Source: Candidatus Versatilivorator sp.
GTDB lineage: Bacteria > Acidobacteriota > Terriglobia > Versatilivoradales > Versatilivoraceae
DNA length: 64,000 bases
NCBI GenBank assembly: GCA_965207735.1
Contig: OZ242296.1
Span: forward strand, 2,048,001 to 2,112,000
Direction: 5' to 3'
Under the pieces are notes generated by a model that did not search any database, had not been told where the DNA came from, and saw nothing but the letters and a program-made list of their open reading frames with translations. Position numbers and translations under genes: made by a program. Every line of letters begins with the position of its first letter. The first letter of the stretch is position 1. Positions 60,334 through 64,000 of the stretch are shown one piece after another.

Positions 60334-61457
60334 GAAAAAGAGCCCGGTCATTCGACATTGTCGTCGTCGGCGCCGGGGCCGCCGGTCTCGGCCTTGGTGT
60401 GACGCTACGCGACCTCGGAATCGAGAACTTTGTGATTCTCGACCGCTCCGCCGTCGGCGCCTCATTCCTGCGCTGGCCCCGGCACACGCGCTTCATCACG
60501 CCGTCGTTCAACAGTAACCAGTTCGGCATCCTGGACCTGAATGCCATCAGTCTGCAGACTTCGCCGGCTTACTCGGTTGGCGTCGAGCACCCCACGGGAA
60601 AGGAATACGCCAGCTATCTGCGAGGAGTTGCGAAGCATTTCGACTTGCCCGTAGAGACCGGGGTCGACGTTCTCTCGGTCGCGACGAGAGCTCGACCCAA
60701 AGGGTTTCGGGTGGAGACGAGTCGCGGAGACGTCCGCGCGCGGTTCGTGGTCTGGGCGGGCGGCGAAATGCAGTACCCGCGGACCCACGACTTCCACGGC
60801 GCCGAGCTTTGCCTGCACTACTCCAAGGTGCCCTCATTTGACGATCTCAGCGGCGACGAGAGATGCATCATCGGCGGCTCCGAGAGCGGCATCGACGCCG
60901 CCGTCGCGCTGGCCGCCGCCGGTCGACGAGCCGTCGTCTTCGACCGCGAGGAGCCGTGGAAGCGAATGGGACCGGACCCCAGCCAACTCTTGTCGCCCTT
61001 TACGAAGGCGCGTCTGAATTCGGCGATTGACTCGGGTCGGGTGACGCTACGCGGCGGCTGTACGGTCACCGGCGTCCGCCGCAACGACAACGGATATCGG
61101 TTGGCGCTCGAGAATGGCGACGTCGTCCACTGCGCCGAGAAGCCGATCCTGGCCTCTGGATTCGCCGGATCGGCAAGCCTCGTTCGCTCGTTGTTCGATT
61201 GGCGAGATGACGGGTTTCCGCTGCTGACGGAAAACGATGAATCCACCGTGACGAAAGGGCTGTTCCTGGTCGGACCGCAGGTGCGCCAAGGCGATGTCAT
61301 CTTTTGTTTCATCTACAAGTTCCGCCAGCGCTTCGCCGTGGTGGCCAACCAGGTCGCCCGCCGCCTGCGAGTCAGCGCGAAGCCGCTCGAGGCATACCGC
61401 GACTACGGAATGTACCTCGACGATCTATCGTGCTGCAGCGATGATTGCGCTTGTTGA
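60330..61457 (+). CDS. FAD/NAD(P)-dependent oxidoreductase with Cys-rich tail
   Basis: VVVGAGAAG, IIGGSESGID, ASGF, FCFIYKFRQRF, ends MYLDDLSCCSDDCAC. Confidence 0.9.
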   Translation: MRKRARSFDIVVVGAGAAGLGLGVTLRDLGIENFVILDRSAVGASFLRWPRHTRFITPSFNSNQFGILDLNAISLQTSPAYSVGVEHPTGKEYASYLRGVAKHFDLPVETGVDVLSVATRARPKGFRVETSRGDVRARFVVWAGGEMQYPRTHDFHGAELCLHYSKVPSFDDLSGDERCIIGGSESGIDAAVALAAAGRRAVVFDREEPWKRMGPDPSQLLSPFTKARLNSAIDSGRVTLRGGCTVTGVRRNDNGYRLALENGDVVHCAEKPILASGFAGSASLVRSLFDWRDDGFPLLTENDESTVTKGLFLVGPQVRQGDVIFCFIYKFRQRFAVVANQVARRLRVSAKPLEAYRDYGMYLDDLSCCSDDCAC

Positions 61458-61469
61458 AGGAGCCGTGAA

Positions 61470-63098
61470 ATGCTCCAGACGTCAATTCGAACTGTCGTTC
61501 TGTTGGGTAAGGAAAACGTCGGCAAGACGCAACTGGCTGCATCGCTGACGGGTGCGTCCAGCGCTGCCTCGAACTTCCGAGGCGCCAACGTCGACTGCGA
61601 CTCCTACCGAGTGGACGACTGGGAACTGATCGACACGCCCGGGCTGCTACGAAGCTCCGATGTTGAGACCACCCGACTTGCCCTGGAGCGGCTGCGGGGC
61701 GATGATACCGTCCTACTGGTTGCCCAGGGAACCGAACTGGATGCAGACTTGGCCGACCTGCTGCCGCTCCTAGCGGGTCGACTCGGCGCACTGGTCGTGA
61801 CCCATCGGGACCGACTCGCCCGGCTGGAAGTGGAGGCGCGGCTGGGAGAGCTGGCGCTCCGAACGGGTTTGCCGGTAGTCTTCGTGGACGCTCGACGACT
61901 GGACGCCAACGATCGTCAAGGGCTGATGCAGGCGCTGGAAGCCCCCGGCCCGATCCCCGCCGAAGCCGGTATGAGCTTCGGCGATCTGGTCGTCCGTCCG
62001 CGACCTCTTTTCCTGGATCGCTCCGCCCTTGGGCCTTTCTGGGCGCTGCTGCTGTTGTTGACGCCCGCCTGGGTCGCGGTGGACGCTGCCAACCGTCTCG
62101 CGGATCGAATCGACCCCTGGGTTCGCGCCCCGACTGGGTTGCTGGCCGGGTTGTCGACGAGTTGGCCGCAACCGCTTGCGGAGATCCTGGCCGGCGACTA
62201 CGGCTTTGTCACGATGGGGCCGCTGCTGTTGGTGTGGGCGACTCCGGTGGTCGTGCTCCATGCGTTGCTGATGGGTGCGTATAAGGCGAGCGGCTTGCTT
62301 GATCGCCTGACAACCGCCATGAATCCGTGGCTGCGGCCGTTCGGCATGACGGGCCGGGAGTTGGCGCGCGTCGTGATGGGTTTCGGCTGCAACGTGCCCG
62401 CCGTCATCAGCGCGCGCTCGTCGTCGGCTTGCTCGCGTGGCGTATGCGTCTCGGCCATCGCTTTCGGTTCGGCCTGTTCGTATCAGTTGGGAGCCACGCT
62501 GGCGGTTTTCGCCGCGGCGGGTCGACCCAAGTTGATCGTACTCTACCTGCTATATCTCGGCGTCACGACTCTCGCCTATTCCCGCCTCAGCGCGCCGAAA
62601 GCGGCTCGTTCTCCCTTCAATGTGCTGTTGACGGAGGGCCGAGTCTTCTTGACCTGGCCGCGCCCGAGCGCTGTCTGGCTTGAGGCGCAGGGCGTTGTTC
62701 GGGAGTTCTTTCGCGGGGCCTTGCCGATCTTCTTTCTGATCACGGCCGCAGCTTCTCTGTTGCATTGGCTGGGCGCGCTGCAAGCTGCGTCGGCCGTCGT
62801 CGAGCCGGCGATGGCCGCTTTTCGATTGCCCTCGGAGGCGGCCCTGGCGGTGGTCTTGGCGAGCGTGCGCAAGGACGGTATCTTGCTGCTGGCGGAGCCG
62901 GGCGTCGCCGCAAACCTCAACGCCGTCCAGCTGTTGACGGCCGTCTACCTGGCCGGCGTGCTGCTGCCTTGCCTGGTCACCTGCTTGACGATTGCGCGCG
63001 AGCAGGGCCGTGCGTTCGCGCTGCGGTTGGTGGGTCGGCAGGCTGTGGCGGCCACCGGGTTCAGCGCTTTGCTGGCTTGGGGCGGAGCATGGCTGTGA
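61470..63098 (+). CDS. Short FeoB-like GTPase fused to Gate/nucleoside-recognition membrane domain
   Basis: G1 GKENVGKT, G3 DTPG, G4-like THRD; GFGCNVPA gate motif; PCLVTC; 542 aa. Confidence 0.85.
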   Translation: MLQTSIRTVVLLGKENVGKTQLAASLTGASSAASNFRGANVDCDSYRVDDWELIDTPGLLRSSDVETTRLALERLRGDDTVLLVAQGTELDADLADLLPLLAGRLGALVVTHRDRLARLEVEARLGELALRTGLPVVFVDARRLDANDRQGLMQALEAPGPIPAEAGMSFGDLVVRPRPLFLDRSALGPFWALLLLLTPAWVAVDAANRLADRIDPWVRAPTGLLAGLSTSWPQPLAEILAGDYGFVTMGPLLLVWATPVVVLHALLMGAYKASGLLDRLTTAMNPWLRPFGMTGRELARVVMGFGCNVPAVISARSSSACSRGVCVSAIAFGSACSYQLGATLAVFAAAGRPKLIVLYLLYLGVTTLAYSRLSAPKAARSPFNVLLTEGRVFLTWPRPSAVWLEAQGVVREFFRGALPIFFLITAAASLLHWLGALQAASAVVEPAMAAFRLPSEAALAVVLASVRKDGILLLAEPGVAANLNAVQLLTAVYLAGVLLPCLVTCLTIAREQGRAFALRLVGRQAVAATGFSALLAWGGAWL

Positions 63099-63739
63099 GC
63101 CCGATCACCGGCGCCGACCGACGCAAGGGGCAAGAACTGCTGCATCGGCAGTGCTGGAACTGGGGCCGGGACATCGTGCGTCCGGAAGGCAACCTCCTGC
63201 TCGAAGCGGGCTTCCTCAAGGAACGGCCGCCCGAAGGAGAAGCAGGATCGAGCTGCTACACGCTCACGCTACCCGACGGCGACAGCCTCATGTTGTGGGG
63301 TTTCGGCCTCCTGTACGGAACGCTGCGGAAGGGCGGCGTCTTCCTCAACCGCTACCAGTTTAAACCCCTTTGGCTGCCGTTGGAGACGGTCCAAGAGCCA
63401 ATTTGGAGGCCCGACATGATCCCGGCCGCACAGACGCCTCCGTCGCCCCGCGTACCGGTTGACTTGACCGTCGCCGCCATTCGGCGCGTCGCGGACTACG
63501 AGGAGTGGGCGCTCGCGCGCTGCGGTCTGGAGTATCGACGCGCCGTCCTGCGACAATGGAAACGGCGTTCCGAGCGACTGCCGCCGCAGACGTTTCCTCA
63601 GGCTTGGCGCGCGCTCGCCGACGCAATCGAAGGCCAACCCGCACCTGTATCGCCCGCGATGACCTTTTCCAGCGGCAGACGGGCCATCTGTACGGGAAGT
63701 TCGGGGCTAGCCCGTATTTCTCATCAGGGGGTGCGATGA
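63095..63739 (+). CDS. Hypothetical protein
   Basis: GTGA overlap with the FeoB-like gene; LHRQCWNWGRDIVRPEGNLLLEAGF...LWGFG...ADYEEW. Confidence 0.7.
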   Translation: MSPITGADRRKGQELLHRQCWNWGRDIVRPEGNLLLEAGFLKERPPEGEAGSSCYTLTLPDGDSLMLWGFGLLYGTLRKGGVFLNRYQFKPLWLPLETVQEPIWRPDMIPAAQTPPSPRVPVDLTVAAIRRVADYEEWALARCGLEYRRAVLRQWKRRSERLPPQTFPQAWRALADAIEGQPAPVSPAMTFSSGRRAICTGSSGLARISHQGVR

Positions 63740-64000
63740 TCGCGCAGGATTTTCGCCTTCAGCGCGTGCTCGCGACTGAAAATGCGGGATGCAAGGGGAT
63801 GAAGCGGAACCGTATCGGACAACGACGGACGCCAGATCTTCTGGTAAATCAATGGAAATGGGATACTTAAGTACATTACTGGACATATCTGGACGATATG
63901 TCTATCTCTCACAACGCAGCCCGCAAGACTGCTTTTTCGACACAAGTCAGAGGCTTCCTTCCTCGACCCGACGACTCCGTCAGCCATTCGGGCTCGGCAG

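Noticed and set aside
63740-64000. Gene at the right edge
   Set aside because: Only short ORFs without motifs or clear codon bias; cannot be supported.

Overview
GC-rich bacterial chromosome segment. Gene content and style suggest an Acidobacteriota-like, probably host-associated (e.g. sponge-symbiont-type) organism; this is inference only. A housekeeping core (uvrA, polA, radC, HD protein, M23 peptidase, GT2, cytochrome c, tRNA-Ala) lies between accessory regions rich in eukaryotic-like repeat proteins (LRR, NHL, ankyrin, TPR, FN3, cadherin). Main observations: (1) Three very large secreted-type proteins with unrelated N-termini (ED-S-type subtilase; triple LRR; M12-like HQxxH pseudo-protease + NHL) share a mosaic ~480-aa C-terminal domain that I cannot assign to a family. 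Two of the three genes are split from that domain by simple-sequence frameshifts. (2) An ORF-less group II intron whose EBS1 pairs perfectly with its 5' exon. (3) A complete IS1634-family element with TIRs, TSD and IHF sites. (4) A modular family of heptamer-bounded and 9-mer-periodic non-autonomous repeats, two copies of which sit at gene-truncation junctions. (5) Many eroded genes (RND, PhyH, MbnH-like, OmpA). (6) A putative metal-handling operon (Cys/His small protein, CC-tail flavoprotein, short FeoB-like GTPase). All assignments come from reading motifs by eye; no database searches were run.
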